IMG/VR virus record: IMGVR_UViG_3300035670_000172
Location: 4,403-68,402 of that record
Length of the DNA: 64,000 nucleotides
Strand: one strand, 5' to 3'
From: a virus
This document shows positions 1 through 9,775 of the stretch, one piece after another. A program made the position numbers and the translations under genes. The notes below the pieces were generated by a model. That model ran no database searches and had not been told where the DNA came from. It saw nothing but the letters and a program-made list of their open reading frames with translations. Within the stretch, counting starts at the first letter, position 1; each line of letters begins with the position of its first letter.

Positions 1-7
1 TTAACTC

Positions 8-160
8 ATGAGTGATGAACTTAAGCGGTTACGAGAAATAGTTCGTAATTATGTAAAAGCTGAAGATGCATATCTTAGCGCACACCCAGAAACTGATACA
101 TCTCAACTGAAAAAGAAAGTTGATGAAGCGTGGAAGGCGCTAAAGAACGAGGTGTTATAA
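8..160 (+). CDS. small hypothetical protein (50 aa)
   Basis: ATG at 8 to TAA at 160 (MSDELKRLREIVRNY...), abutting the next gene; read manually, below ORF-track cutoff. Confidence 0.6.
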   Translation: MSDELKRLREIVRNYVKAEDAYLSAHPETDTSQLKKKVDEAWKALKNEVL

Positions 161-1414
161 TTGATTTTTTCAATTCATACCGATCAGCACATTAAGGATG
201 CGGAGGGTGTATTTGGCTATGCCTATGGTTACGATAATATTGTAAAGCATTTTAATCAGTTCTCTTATCGTGGTAAGAATCTTGAGGTTGTAGATAACGA
301 CCCAGCCGCTCAGATCCAGATGTTTTATATGGAACCAGAGTGGCATCACCCCGTCACAGGGCAGGACTTTAGACAGCCAGGGTTTAAGAAACATCATGAC
401 CATCAGTACAAAATTAATGGTACATATTTAGAAGCAACAAAGGTTTGGGATTGGTGGATTCCCACGATGAAAACATTTGATGAGATCTGGGTGGGTAATC
501 AATTCTCTGCAGATGCAATTGCTAATTCTGGGATAGATGTACCAACATATGTATTTGAACTTGGTATTGATGATATGTGGAAGCCATTTAAGCGAGGTGG
601 TCGGGATAAAATACGATTTCTCCATGTTGATTCTGGAAGTCAACGCAAGAGGGCAGATCTTGTTGAGAAAGCTTTCCTTAAGTTGTTTAAAAACAATAAT
701 GATGTTCAATTAACATTAAAATATCATGGCACTGGCGAGAGTGCTGGATATAGCGTCATGAATCTTTTTGAAGAAAACTACGGTTCAAATATTTTTAGAA
801 TTTTTAAAACTCTTTCACAGGAAGAAATGGTTCAATTATATTACAAACATGACATTTTGATTTACCCAACAGAGGGCGAGGGATTCGGTTTGATACCCCT
901 CCAGGCTTTAGCTACAGGCATGCCAACGATTTCAACGAGCAGATGGTGTAGCTACGAAAAGTACTTAGGCAGTAATATTATTGAATCAACACTTGGCAAA
1001 ACACAGCACTCTGGTTATCATACTGGCGATGTTATTCTTCCAGATTTTGATTCAACAGTTGAGTTGATGAAGAATGCGGTGGATAATTTTGATGCTCAAT
1101 GTGATTTTTATTATAATCAAGCGCCAGAAGTGATTAAAGAATACAATTGGCAGAAGCAATGTAACAAGATGTTGAACGGCTTAATTAAGCGTGTTGGTGT
1201 CGGGATGTTTAAACCTCTCGGCAGAGTATCTAGGAAAAAGCATATATATTTTGATCATGGAACGGGGTATGCCTTGCAATCTGGTATTAAATTTACAAAA
1301 GAACAGCGGATTCTATTGGTTTCCCAGGAAGAATATGATATGTTAATAACTAATCCTAATTTTAGAGAACCAACAGAGCAAGAACTGGAAAAATATTTTA
1401 GTGAAAAGAACTGA
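161..1414 (+). CDS. GT-B (GT4-like) glycosyltransferase with extra C-terminal domain
   Basis: RKRAD and EGFGLIPLQALATGMPTI motifs typical of GT4; last ~55 aa resemble the C-terminus of ORF 52951-53331. Confidence 0.85.
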   Translation: MIFSIHTDQHIKDAEGVFGYAYGYDNIVKHFNQFSYRGKNLEVVDNDPAAQIQMFYMEPEWHHPVTGQDFRQPGFKKHHDHQYKINGTYLEATKVWDWWIPTMKTFDEIWVGNQFSADAIANSGIDVPTYVFELGIDDMWKPFKRGGRDKIRFLHVDSGSQRKRADLVEKAFLKLFKNNNDVQLTLKYHGTGESAGYSVMNLFEENYGSNIFRIFKTLSQEEMVQLYYKHDILIYPTEGEGFGLIPLQALATGMPTISTSRWCSYEKYLGSNIIESTLGKTQHSGYHTGDVILPDFDSTVELMKNAVDNFDAQCDFYYNQAPEVIKEYNWQKQCNKMLNGLIKRVGVGMFKPLGRVSRKKHIYFDHGTGYALQSGIKFTKEQRILLVSQEEYDMLITNPNFREPTEQELEKYFSEKN

Positions 1415-1703
1415 AAAAGAAGAAATTAAAAGAGATCGGGCTAAGCCTGTAAAGAATTCTGGTCGTGGTATTAAGAAGGGCGATGCTTCTCTACATAAGT
1501 TTCTAGTTGACTATAAACATAATGAGAAAACATTTACTCTCACCCTAAAGGCTTGGATGAAAATGAGAAAGGATGCATGGAACGCTAATTACAAATACCC
1601 ATGTATTTCCGTAGTGTTTGGCGAGAATTCCGAAACCAAAGTTGCTATAATTGACTGGGAAGTGTTCCAAGATCTAATTAAAGGAAGTGAATATGAAGTT
1701 TAA
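1401..1703 (+). CDS. Hjc-like PD-(D/E)XK nuclease / putative Holliday junction resolvase
   Basis: NSGRG-x3-GD...VDYK pattern in a 100-aa protein. Confidence 0.55.
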   Translation: MKRTEKEEIKRDRAKPVKNSGRGIKKGDASLHKFLVDYKHNEKTFTLTLKAWMKMRKDAWNANYKYPCISVVFGENSETKVAIIDWEVFQDLIKGSEYEV

Positions 1704-1869
1704 ATTTTGTTGCGATAAATTATCTGGTCATAAAAGTCTTGGCATAAACCTGGATCATGATGAGTTTGCTATTGGTGTAAATCTTATATTTTGGTTTGTT
1801 GGGATTGCAAAAGTTTATCCACCATATCAATCTTTAGTTAAAACAGAAGATCTCAGAAAGGATATCTAG
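1687..1869 (+). CDS. hypothetical protein
   Basis: ORF overlapping both neighbours in operon. Confidence 0.5.
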   Translation: MNMKFKFCCDKLSGHKSLGINLDHDEFAIGVNLIFWFVGIAKVYPPYQSLVKTEDLRKDI

Positions 1870-2189
1870 TGCCCGATATTATAATTAATAAAGAAATTTT
1901 AGCCGAACAGATGGGTGATAAGGCTGATGAATTTCTGGAATGTATTAGAATAGTAGAGGACATTATTCAAAACCCAGACCATTATCTAGGCGCTCAGGCT
2001 ATTAAGTATGCTAATATATTAGCAGCGTATAGAACATTAATGATTGTTAAATCTCAAGCTTTCAAAAGAAAGTCTGCTGTTATGAATGATCAAGATAAGT
2101 TTGTTAATGATATATGGAAAACCATGTATGAAGCATTAGCGGAAAATATAAATGCACTAAAACTCGCTGCGAAAGGCGGTATTCAATGA
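1869..2189 (+). CDS. hypothetical protein
   Basis: coupled ORF in operon. Confidence 0.7.
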   Translation: MPDIIINKEILAEQMGDKADEFLECIRIVEDIIQNPDHYLGAQAIKYANILAAYRTLMIVKSQAFKRKSAVMNDQDKFVNDIWKTMYEALAENINALKLAAKGGIQ

Positions 2190-2926
2190 AATCATTAAAA
2201 GTATTAAGGAACCCAAAGCCAACGGAAGTTGTAGTGGAAGTTCCAGAGGAGAGCTTTACTACTGCTCAGTTAGTAGATAGCTTGAATAAAGCTATTGATG
2301 AAAATTTGACGGAAAGAAATAAGCCAGAATTTAAAAAAGTAAAAGGGTTTCACCCAAGCTACACCAACCAGTGCTCACGCTATTGGTACTATATGTTTGA
2401 CGGAGTTAGCGTAACTCCAGATTTCAGAGCGCAAACACTTAGAATTTTTGATAATGGTCATGCTGTTCATGACAGGCTGTACGGTTACTTTAGAGATATG
2501 GGCATCCTGGTCGCTGAGGAAATCCCAGTGACCTATTCATCACCTCCAATTGAGGGAACTGCTGATGGAATCATTAATTGGCATGGAGAGAAGTTAATTG
2601 AATTAAAGTCAATTAGCTCAGAAGGCTTTCACTACAGAAAGATGTACAACAAGCCAAAAGATGAACACTACAGACAGGCACAGATTTATATGGAATGCTT
2701 GAATTTAGATGGCGGTTTTGTTATTTATGAATGTAAGAATAATCAAGAAATTCTTCCTATTTATATTGAAAAAGACCAGCCGTTTATAGACAAGCTTTTT
2801 AAGAAATACAGAGATATTTATGGGAATTACACTAGCGGTAATATCCCTGACAGACCGTATAAGAGAACATCTAAGCATTGTTCTGATTGTAATGTGTCTT
2901 CTTTATGCTGGGGAGAAAGTGAGTAA
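2186..2926 (+). CDS. Cas4-like / RecB-family exonuclease
   Basis: N-terminal Cys, GHAVH, GTADG...IELKS, QAQIY, C-terminal CSDC...C (Fe-S ligands). Confidence 0.85.
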   Translation: MKSLKVLRNPKPTEVVVEVPEESFTTAQLVDSLNKAIDENLTERNKPEFKKVKGFHPSYTNQCSRYWYYMFDGVSVTPDFRAQTLRIFDNGHAVHDRLYGYFRDMGILVAEEIPVTYSSPPIEGTADGIINWHGEKLIELKSISSEGFHYRKMYNKPKDEHYRQAQIYMECLNLDGGFVIYECKNNQEILPIYIEKDQPFIDKLFKKYRDIYGNYTSGNIPDRPYKRTSKHCSDCNVSSLCWGESE

Positions 2927-3227
2927 TGAAGAAAGAATTTGCAAGAATTTAGATTGTAGTAAAGCATTTACCCCAAAATCTTATAACAGCATTTATTGCT
3001 CTGCTGAATGCAGGAGATTAGTAACAAATGCAAAATTATTAAATAATTATTATGAAAAAAAAGCAAATATAAATAAAAAAAGAATTTGTAAAACAAAAAA
3101 TTGTGAAACTGTTTTATCAAGATATAATAAAGAAAATATTTGTGAAAAATGTAAAAGAGAGAGGTATGTTCAAAGACTAGTTGGTTGGGGCTGGGATGAA
3201 AAAACCATCAGGGATGGTATTGAGTGA
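2919..3227 (+). CDS. Cys-rich zinc-finger protein
   Basis: C-x4-C, YCSAEC, CEKC; GTG start at 2919 after GGAG. Confidence 0.6.
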   Translation: MSNEERICKNLDCSKAFTPKSYNSIYCSAECRRLVTNAKLLNNYYEKKANINKKRICKTKNCETVLSRYNKENICEKCKRERYVQRLVGWGWDEKTIRDGIE

Positions 3228-3787
3228 ATCTAAAAAATATAGTTAACACAAGTGATAAAAGAATTTTATCAATAGATCCATCATCTCACTCCCTAGGGTG
3301 GGCTGTGATTGATTTTAATAGTGGTTTAAAATTAGTTGATTGCGGTAAAATAAAATTTACAAAAACAAATGACATATCAGTTAAATTTAATGAAATTAAT
3401 GCGGGGATTAAAGAAATTTGTAAAAAATACAGCCCTAGCATGACTATCATTGAACAATCTGTTTACATTCAAAATTTTCAAACAAGTAGGGTTATTTCTT
3501 ATATAATTGGCTACACCTGGGGAATAGTTCAAAACTATTGTTTTAAAGTTATGGATATTAACCCCATTCTTTGGAAACGAGGGATTGGTTATAAAAATAT
3601 TTCTAAATCAGATAAAATAATTTTTGATACGGAATCTAAAAAGAAAAAAGAAAGAAAAGACAGGGTTCGGGATATTGTGCTTGATTATTTTCAAATGTCT
3701 GAAGAAAATGTAAAAGATGACGACATTATTGATGCAATCGGTATTGGTCTTTGGTATTATTTAATGGTGATTTCTAATGGCTCTTGA
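3224..3787 (+). CDS. RuvC-like Holliday junction resolvase
   Basis: ILSIDPS...GWAV, IIEQ, DDIIDAIGIG acidic catalytic motifs. Confidence 0.8.
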   Translation: MNLKNIVNTSDKRILSIDPSSHSLGWAVIDFNSGLKLVDCGKIKFTKTNDISVKFNEINAGIKEICKKYSPSMTIIEQSVYIQNFQTSRVISYIIGYTWGIVQNYCFKVMDINPILWKRGIGYKNISKSDKIIFDTESKKKKERKDRVRDIVLDYFQMSEENVKDDDIIDAIGIGLWYYLMVISNGS

Positions 3788-4070
3788 ACCTTACAAAGAT
3801 AAAAGCTGGCTGTACGAGCACTATGTTAAGAAGCGTATGAATTTAACAGATATTGTTAAATTACTTAAACAAACATACAATACTGAAATAACCCCGCAGG
3901 GCTTATATAACTGGTGCAAAAAGTATGATTTATTAAAGTTTAGGGGAAAGGGTAGAAACCTTTCTGCTACATCTAAAAGACCAAAATCTCCAATGCAACA
4001 AAAAGCTGAGCAAATGAAAAGAGACAGAAGGAAATCCATGCAACAAAAAAAGAAAGGTATGGGAAGATAA
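3777..4070 (+). CDS. putative helix-turn-helix DNA-binding protein
   Basis: YKDKSWLYEHY...LYNWCKKY pattern, basic tail. Confidence 0.55.
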   Translation: MALEPYKDKSWLYEHYVKKRMNLTDIVKLLKQTYNTEITPQGLYNWCKKYDLLKFRGKGRNLSATSKRPKSPMQQKAEQMKRDRRKSMQQKKKGMGR

Positions 4071-4825
4071 TGCAAAGAAGAGTTTCGGGTGCCGATTTAG
4101 GAATATTTGCCGAACTAGACATGGTGTATAACCAGGCAAGGATGATTGAGGCAAGTCAAAATAAAACAAAATATAAATGTTTGGGGTCGGGCAATTGTTG
4201 CACGATAGGATTAACAATCCATATGACTGAGTGTGCAAATATTGCGTTCAATATCACTCAGCAGTTTTATTTGCATTTGGAAAATAAAGGTAAAGAGTAC
4301 GCAGATGAGTGGTTTGGTTCAGTAGTTAGTTCTTTAAAGGAGGCAATGTACGATGAAACATGGCAATTCGGTGGTGAGACTGAGAGAAAATGTTCTTTCT
4401 ATAAAAACGGGTGCACTATCTATGGGTTTAGACCTCTGGTGTGCAGAAGCTATGGGGCTTTTGTCGGTGTTGACGATGTTTGTCCTAGAGAAAGAAATGT
4501 TTACGGCAATGTAGAGCACTTCTCTGGTACCCCAGTTGAGGAAATGGTAAAACAGTTTCAGGGGTTGCTTAAGAGATATTCAAAGGATAAAGATTCAAAC
4601 TATGATGTAGTGGTTTATATGCCTCTCGGAGTTCTCAGTTTTCTTTTAAGCCCAGAAGAATTAGAAGATCTTGCTGATAAAACAGATGATAGGATGTGGA
4701 AAGCTGTTGAAGGCTGGTTTAATTATAGAGTTGAATATACAAAGGTTCATGGGCTACCCCTGCCAAAATTAAGAGAAGCTGCTGATGCTGCTGGGAAAAA
4801 AATTGCGTTTCAAGTAGAGCAGTAA
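4070..4825 (+). CDS. YkgJ/CxxCxxCC-family Fe-S or Zn cluster protein
   Basis: CLGSGNCC...CSFY...GCTIYGFRPLVCRSY. Confidence 0.75.
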   Translation: MQRRVSGADLGIFAELDMVYNQARMIEASQNKTKYKCLGSGNCCTIGLTIHMTECANIAFNITQQFYLHLENKGKEYADEWFGSVVSSLKEAMYDETWQFGGETERKCSFYKNGCTIYGFRPLVCRSYGAFVGVDDVCPRERNVYGNVEHFSGTPVEEMVKQFQGLLKRYSKDKDSNYDVVVYMPLGVLSFLLSPEELEDLADKTDDRMWKAVEGWFNYRVEYTKVHGLPLPKLREAADAAGKKIAFQVEQ

Positions 4826-5856
4826 TGATCACCTGGACAGATAATGGTTCGTCAAGAATTGGTGAGGGCTATGGCGATGCATCGTATCACATTACTAAGT
4901 ATTTAAAATCTAGCGGTCTAGATTTTCACAAGACCGAGCTAGAGCCGCCAGATGAGATCAGCGGTCTGCAAATCGGTTACTCAATTAAAACTAGTATTCA
5001 TGAAGGTGTTGTTATCAATCACTGCCTGCCAGAGTATTACGGTAGTCATGGTGATTATAAGATAGGTTTTTCATATTGGGAGACAACTCAATTACCTAAT
5101 CACTGGGTTGATGAGTGCAACAAGATGGATGAAATATGGACTACATCTGATTTTATGAGATCGGTATTTATCTATAGCGGCGTGACTAAGCCAGTGTATA
5201 GTTTTAAACTAGGGGTTGACCCAGAAATCTATTATCCAGTAAAAAGGAGCAGAAAAAGCCCTTTTACATTTTTAAGTATAGGCTCACCCTCAACAAGAAA
5301 AAATTCTCAAGTAGCTGTTGATGCTTTTATAAAAATGTTTGGCGGTAACGATGGGTACCGTATGATATACAAATCCAAAGGTCCTCCAGATGCTAGATCA
5401 TTTAGCAATGGAATGAAGGGGGCGCTAAACCATCCACAAATTGATATCATTGATTATGAAATTAGTACAGAAGAATTAGGGAAGCTTTATGACAAAGCAG
5501 ACTGCTTAGTTTACCCAACAAGCGGAGAAGGGTGGGGTCTTCTACCTTTCCAGGCGATAGCCAAAGGTATCCCAACGATATGCACAAATTTTACTGCATG
5601 TGCAGAGTTTGCTCATCTTTCTGTGCCGCTTGATTATTCAGTCTCAGATTACAAGATGTCTGGTATATATGAGGGTGCTGGACACTGGGCAATGCCAGAT
5701 TTCAGCGATTTGTGTGATAAAATGTTGTATGTAGTAAATAACTACGAAAGAGTCTCTAATGAGACATATTTATCCGCATTGTACATACAAGACACTATGA
5801 CATGGGAAAAGGTTTCAAAGGAGTACATAGATAGATTATGTCAGATATTGAAGTAG
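4825..5856 (+). CDS. GT4-like glycosyltransferase
   Basis: WET, DEIWTTS, RKN, GEGWGLLPFQAIAKGIPTI. Confidence 0.85.
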   Translation: MITWTDNGSSRIGEGYGDASYHITKYLKSSGLDFHKTELEPPDEISGLQIGYSIKTSIHEGVVINHCLPEYYGSHGDYKIGFSYWETTQLPNHWVDECNKMDEIWTTSDFMRSVFIYSGVTKPVYSFKLGVDPEIYYPVKRSRKSPFTFLSIGSPSTRKNSQVAVDAFIKMFGGNDGYRMIYKSKGPPDARSFSNGMKGALNHPQIDIIDYEISTEELGKLYDKADCLVYPTSGEGWGLLPFQAIAKGIPTICTNFTACAEFAHLSVPLDYSVSDYKMSGIYEGAGHWAMPDFSDLCDKMLYVVNNYERVSNETYLSALYIQDTMTWEKVSKEYIDRLCQILK

Positions 5857-6410
5857 TAAAAACAAAAAGTTTAATTGATAAAATAAAAGATGTTGAGCAA
5901 GTTGGTGTTTTACATGTAAAGGGTTATTCAATGAGAGAAATATCAACTCTCATGTCAATTCCCGTAAATGAAATAAAAGAATATATTGAAGAATACAAAT
6001 TGATTCTTAATCAAACCATTGAAGAAGACCCATTTTTTCTTGAAAAGGTTCAATTTAATACGATCAAAGCGTTAACTGAATTTGATGAATTAAGCAAAGA
6101 GGCGTGGGAAACAATAAACATTGCTACTGACAATGGTATGGTTGCAGCTAGAATACAGGCTATCAAGCTGGCTGCTGAAATTGCAACTAAAAAAGCTCAA
6201 TTACACAAATTGATGGGCGGGAATCAAACTGACGGTGAGTACATTGCAAGAATGCAAAAAGCAGAAAATGTTAATCAAATTCTGTCTAAGATTCTTAGAG
6301 ATGTTATTTCAAAGCATCCTGCTATTGCTGAAGAAGTCAGGAAAGAACTAGAAATTGCATTTGAAATTATGACAGGTAAATCTTCTAATTTGAAACAAGA
6401 GGAGTCATAA
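5838..6410 (+). CDS. putative terminase small subunit
   Basis: N-terminal HTH (GYSMREIS...), helical body, directly upstream of terminase large subunit. Confidence 0.55.
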   Translation: MSDIEVVKTKSLIDKIKDVEQVGVLHVKGYSMREISTLMSIPVNEIKEYIEEYKLILNQTIEEDPFFLEKVQFNTIKALTEFDELSKEAWETINIATDNGMVAARIQAIKLAAEIATKKAQLHKLMGGNQTDGEYIARMQKAENVNQILSKILRDVISKHPAIAEEVRKELEIAFEIMTGKSSNLKQEES

Positions 6411-6527
6411 TTTGAGAACTATATTTTTGACATTTAAGACTAAAATTCATCAGAATTTGAGAACCTGTTTTTTGCCATTTAGGTCTATTTTTGATCAGAA
6501 TTTGAGAACCCGTTTTCTCCCATTTAG
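6409..6527 (+). repeat. three direct repeats with 45-bp period
   Basis: AATTTGAGAAC at 6409, 6454, 6499, each followed by a T-tract and CATTTA. Confidence 0.85.
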
Positions 6528-6541
6528 AGAGGTATTTACAA

Positions 6542-8281
6542 ATGTCTGATTTCCTGGGTGTCAACCTTGAATTTGACGATTTTGATCGTTTATTAAGACA
6601 AGATGAACTTATGGAACAACCTGTCTCTATTGAAACTTTTGTCCAAGATAAACATTATTTAGGTTTACCCCCTCTATCTGAAATTCAGCTTGAGATTGTA
6701 AAGCATAGCACACAAATTTTCAAATTACCTACTTTACAAAAACTTTATGGTGAAGAAGCTGGACTTGAATATTATAAGAAGTATACAGACAATGAAGTGA
6801 TTTGCATGCTTGGAAAAGGATCAGGCAAGGACCATTGTGCAAGAATATCTATGGCTTACACAGTTTATTTACTACATTGTTTGAGAGACCCATTGGGCTA
6901 TTACGGTAAAGCTCATGGTGTTTATATAGACCTTTTGAACCTGGCTGTAAACGCACAGCAAGCTCAAAGAGTATTCTTTGAACCATTAAAGAACCTTTTG
7001 CTATCATCTCCTTTCTTTAATAATGTTGGATTTGAACCTAGAGTATCAGAAATATTTTTCTTTTCTCGCCCAGTTAGATTATTTTCTGGACACTCAGAAT
7101 CAGAAGGTTGGGAAGGTTATGAAGTACTAACAGTTATTCTAGACGAAATTTCTGCATTTAAAACAGACAGTGAATTAAAAGGTGATGTTAGATCAAAAGG
7201 ATCTGCATCTGCAATTTACAACATGAGTAAATTATCCGTGATGTCTCGTTTCCCAGAAATAGGAAAAGTAATTCTTTTGTCTTTCCCTCGTTATAAAGGT
7301 GACTTTATTCAGCAGCGATATTTTAATTCCAGAGAGAAGAGCGAACCAAAAACATGGTCTATTAAGGCTGCGACATGGGAAGTTAACCCTACAATTAAAA
7401 GAGAACAATTAGAATCAGAATATATTAGAAATCCAATTGAAGCAGCATCTCGTTTTGAATGTGAGCCTCCAACAATGGAGGATGCATATTTTAGAGATGA
7501 AGAAAAAGTAAGAAAAGCTTTTATGTATGCTGACGATCCTTTGGATGAAGATGGGAAATTTCATAAATGGTTTAATAATACAGATGGTCACAGAAGATAC
7601 ATTCATATAGACCTTGGACATAAAAGAGACAGAACGGCATTGTGTATGTCTCATTGTTCTGGCTTTAAAGAAGTAGTTACATCAATGGGTGTAGAAAAAC
7701 TACCAATTATTAATGTTGATTTAGTTCACTCCTGGAAGGCTTCCCCTGGAGAAGAAATTAATTTTGCATCAGTTAGGCAATTAATTGTTGATCTATGCAA
7801 AAGATTTGATGTTGCTAAAGTAACATTTGATAGATGGCAGTCAATTGAAATGATTCAAAGCTTAAGATCACAAGGTATAAATGCAGATTTTCATTCAGTT
7901 AAAAAAACTGATTATGATACACTAATGACTTCAATTTATGATACAAGATTAAGAGGTTACTGGAATCAGATCTTGGTTGAAGAAGAATTGTTAAAGTTAA
8001 GATTATTTTCAAATAATAAAATTGATCACCCCAATGCTGGGTCCAAGGACCTTGCTGATGCCGTAGCTGGTTCTGTATTTGCAGCTATTGAAAATATGTC
8101 AATGGAAACGGAAGTTGAAATAGAAATTTTAGGACTGGACTTAGATATAGAACAATATGATGGATTGGAAGATTTTGGAACAGTAACTAAGTATGATCAT
8201 AATTTGGGAGGGTTTATTCCTGGATATATAAAATCTAATATGCCAATGGAGGAGGTGGGACCGTGGATGGAAAATCTGTAG
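6542..8281 (+). CDS. terL: terminase large subunit
   Basis: Walker A GKGSGKD, Walker B VILDE, nuclease HIDLG, TFDRWQS, DLADAVA. Confidence 0.9.
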   Translation: MSDFLGVNLEFDDFDRLLRQDELMEQPVSIETFVQDKHYLGLPPLSEIQLEIVKHSTQIFKLPTLQKLYGEEAGLEYYKKYTDNEVICMLGKGSGKDHCARISMAYTVYLLHCLRDPLGYYGKAHGVYIDLLNLAVNAQQAQRVFFEPLKNLLLSSPFFNNVGFEPRVSEIFFFSRPVRLFSGHSESEGWEGYEVLTVILDEISAFKTDSELKGDVRSKGSASAIYNMSKLSVMSRFPEIGKVILLSFPRYKGDFIQQRYFNSREKSEPKTWSIKAATWEVNPTIKREQLESEYIRNPIEAASRFECEPPTMEDAYFRDEEKVRKAFMYADDPLDEDGKFHKWFNNTDGHRRYIHIDLGHKRDRTALCMSHCSGFKEVVTSMGVEKLPIINVDLVHSWKASPGEEINFASVRQLIVDLCKRFDVAKVTFDRWQSIEMIQSLRSQGINADFHSVKKTDYDTLMTSIYDTRLRGYWNQILVEEELLKLRLFSNNKIDHPNAGSKDLADAVAGSVFAAIENMSMETEVEIEILGLDLDIEQYDGLEDFGTVTKYDHNLGGFIPGYIKSNMPMEEVGPWMENL

Positions 8282-8400
8282 AAAATAATAATCAAGTTGA
8301 TGCCAGTGATGTAGTGAGAATTCTCGCTGCTAAAATAACTGAATTAATAGTTGAGAATGCGTTATTGACAGCGCAACTAAACAAGGTGGCGAACGGGTAG
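8263..8400 (+). CDS. small coiled-coil hypothetical protein (45 aa)
   Basis: GGAGGAGG RBS then GTG; ends ...ITELIVENALLTAQLNKVANG. Confidence 0.45.
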   Translation: MDGKSVENNNQVDASDVVRILAAKITELIVENALLTAQLNKVANG

Positions 8401-8513
8401 TAGAAAAATAATTTTCTAAAAAACTGGCAAAATACGCACCTACCTAGTAATCAGGTGCTAGATTACTTATCAAGCCAAAAGGCTACACAAAAAATCAAAC
8501 ATTGGAGAATAAA

Positions 8514-8867
8514 ATGGAAATTAAGCAAGCAGACAAGTTCCCAGTAATCTCACGCACTGGTCGTACATCGGCAGAATTGCAAATGATTATTGACACTCTT
8601 GTAATGTCGGGAAAAACTGGATCACCTTTCTCAATTGAAAACATTGAGGCTGGTAAGAAGTATAATTCAATGCAACAAAGAATTCGTGCGCAAGCAAAGA
8701 AGCTCGGTCTAAATGTAGAAATTCATTTTGACAAAGCGAACTCTACTCTCTATTTTCGTGTGCCAAATGCAAATGGTTCAGAATTTGAGAATACACAAAC
8801 GCCGATTACAAAGACTGTAAAGGCAAAGGACATTAAGAATGTCAGAACTGCTGCAAAAACTAAGTAA
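8514..8867 (+). CDS. small basic putative DNA-binding protein, distant relative of the cassette 1-4 proteins
   Basis: RTGR motif, then helix, then YNSMQQRIRAQAKKLGLNVEIHF; GGAG RBS. Confidence 0.6.
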   Translation: MEIKQADKFPVISRTGRTSAELQMIIDTLVMSGKTGSPFSIENIEAGKKYNSMQQRIRAQAKKLGLNVEIHFDKANSTLYFRVPNANGSEFENTQTPITKTVKAKDIKNVRTAAKTK

Positions 8868-8885
8868 TAAATAAAAAACAAAATT

Positions 8886-8917
8886 GAGGGCAGAGAGCAA
8901 TCTCTGCCCTTTTTTTT
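8886..8917 (+). terminator. intrinsic terminator
   Basis: AGGGCAGAGA/TCTCTGCCCT stem plus T-tract. Confidence 0.85.
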
Positions 8918-8932
8918 GTGTATACTATTGAG

Positions 8933-9775
8933 ATGGGACTTTTTGAAACACAAACAATAGAGATTGATAGTAAGCAATTACAAAGCTGGAATGTACTTTT
9001 TGCTATTCCTTGTTATGACCAACAGATTAGCGAACCTACAATGATGAGTCTAATTAAAACAACAATGTATTTTAGAGATCATAACATCAAGTTTGCTATT
9101 GCAACTATCACTGATTCTCTGATTAATAGAGCAAGAAATAATATGACTGCTAAGTTTATGGCGAATCCTCAATTTACTCACATGATGTTTATTGATGCAG
9201 ACATATCGTGGGAGCCAGATGCAATTATTAAATTGCTATGGCATAATCAAGATGTAATAACTGGCGCTTATCCGATTAAAAAAATTGAATGGGATAGAGT
9301 TGTTAAAAATGTAAATGAAGGTATGCCCTCTGAAGATTTAGCAGAGAATAGCGTTAGATTTGTTGTTAATCCAACTAAGAATAAAGAAACCAGTAACTTG
9401 AATGTCGTCAATGGAGCTGTTGAAATTTTTGACGCAGGCACTGGCTTTATGTTAATTAAGAGAGAAACTATTACTAGATTAATTGAATCTTACCCCGAAT
9501 TAAAATATAGTGACGATACTGGCTCACTGAATGATGAAGAAAAAAACTGGACATATGCTTTTTTTAATTCTTACATTGATAAGCATTTGAATAGATTCCT
9601 TTCTGAGGACTATGGTTTTTGCAGGTATTGGCAAGAAATTGGTGGGAAGATTTGGGTAGATCCAGGTATTACTTTAGGTCATTTAGGTCGTATGAAATAT
9701 AGTGGTACTATGATGACATTCTTAGAACAGAACGCTCGGTTTGTAGATAAAGATGAAAAACCATCTGAAGACTGA
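8933..9775 (+). CDS. GT-A (GT2-like) glycosyltransferase
   Basis: SLINRARN, FIDADI (DxD), GTGFMLIKR, LSEDYGFC. Confidence 0.8.
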   Translation: MGLFETQTIEIDSKQLQSWNVLFAIPCYDQQISEPTMMSLIKTTMYFRDHNIKFAIATITDSLINRARNNMTAKFMANPQFTHMMFIDADISWEPDAIIKLLWHNQDVITGAYPIKKIEWDRVVKNVNEGMPSEDLAENSVRFVVNPTKNKETSNLNVVNGAVEIFDAGTGFMLIKRETITRLIESYPELKYSDDTGSLNDEEKNWTYAFFNSYIDKHLNRFLSEDYGFCRYWQEIGGKIWVDPGITLGHLGRMKYSGTMMTFLEQNARFVDKDEKPSED

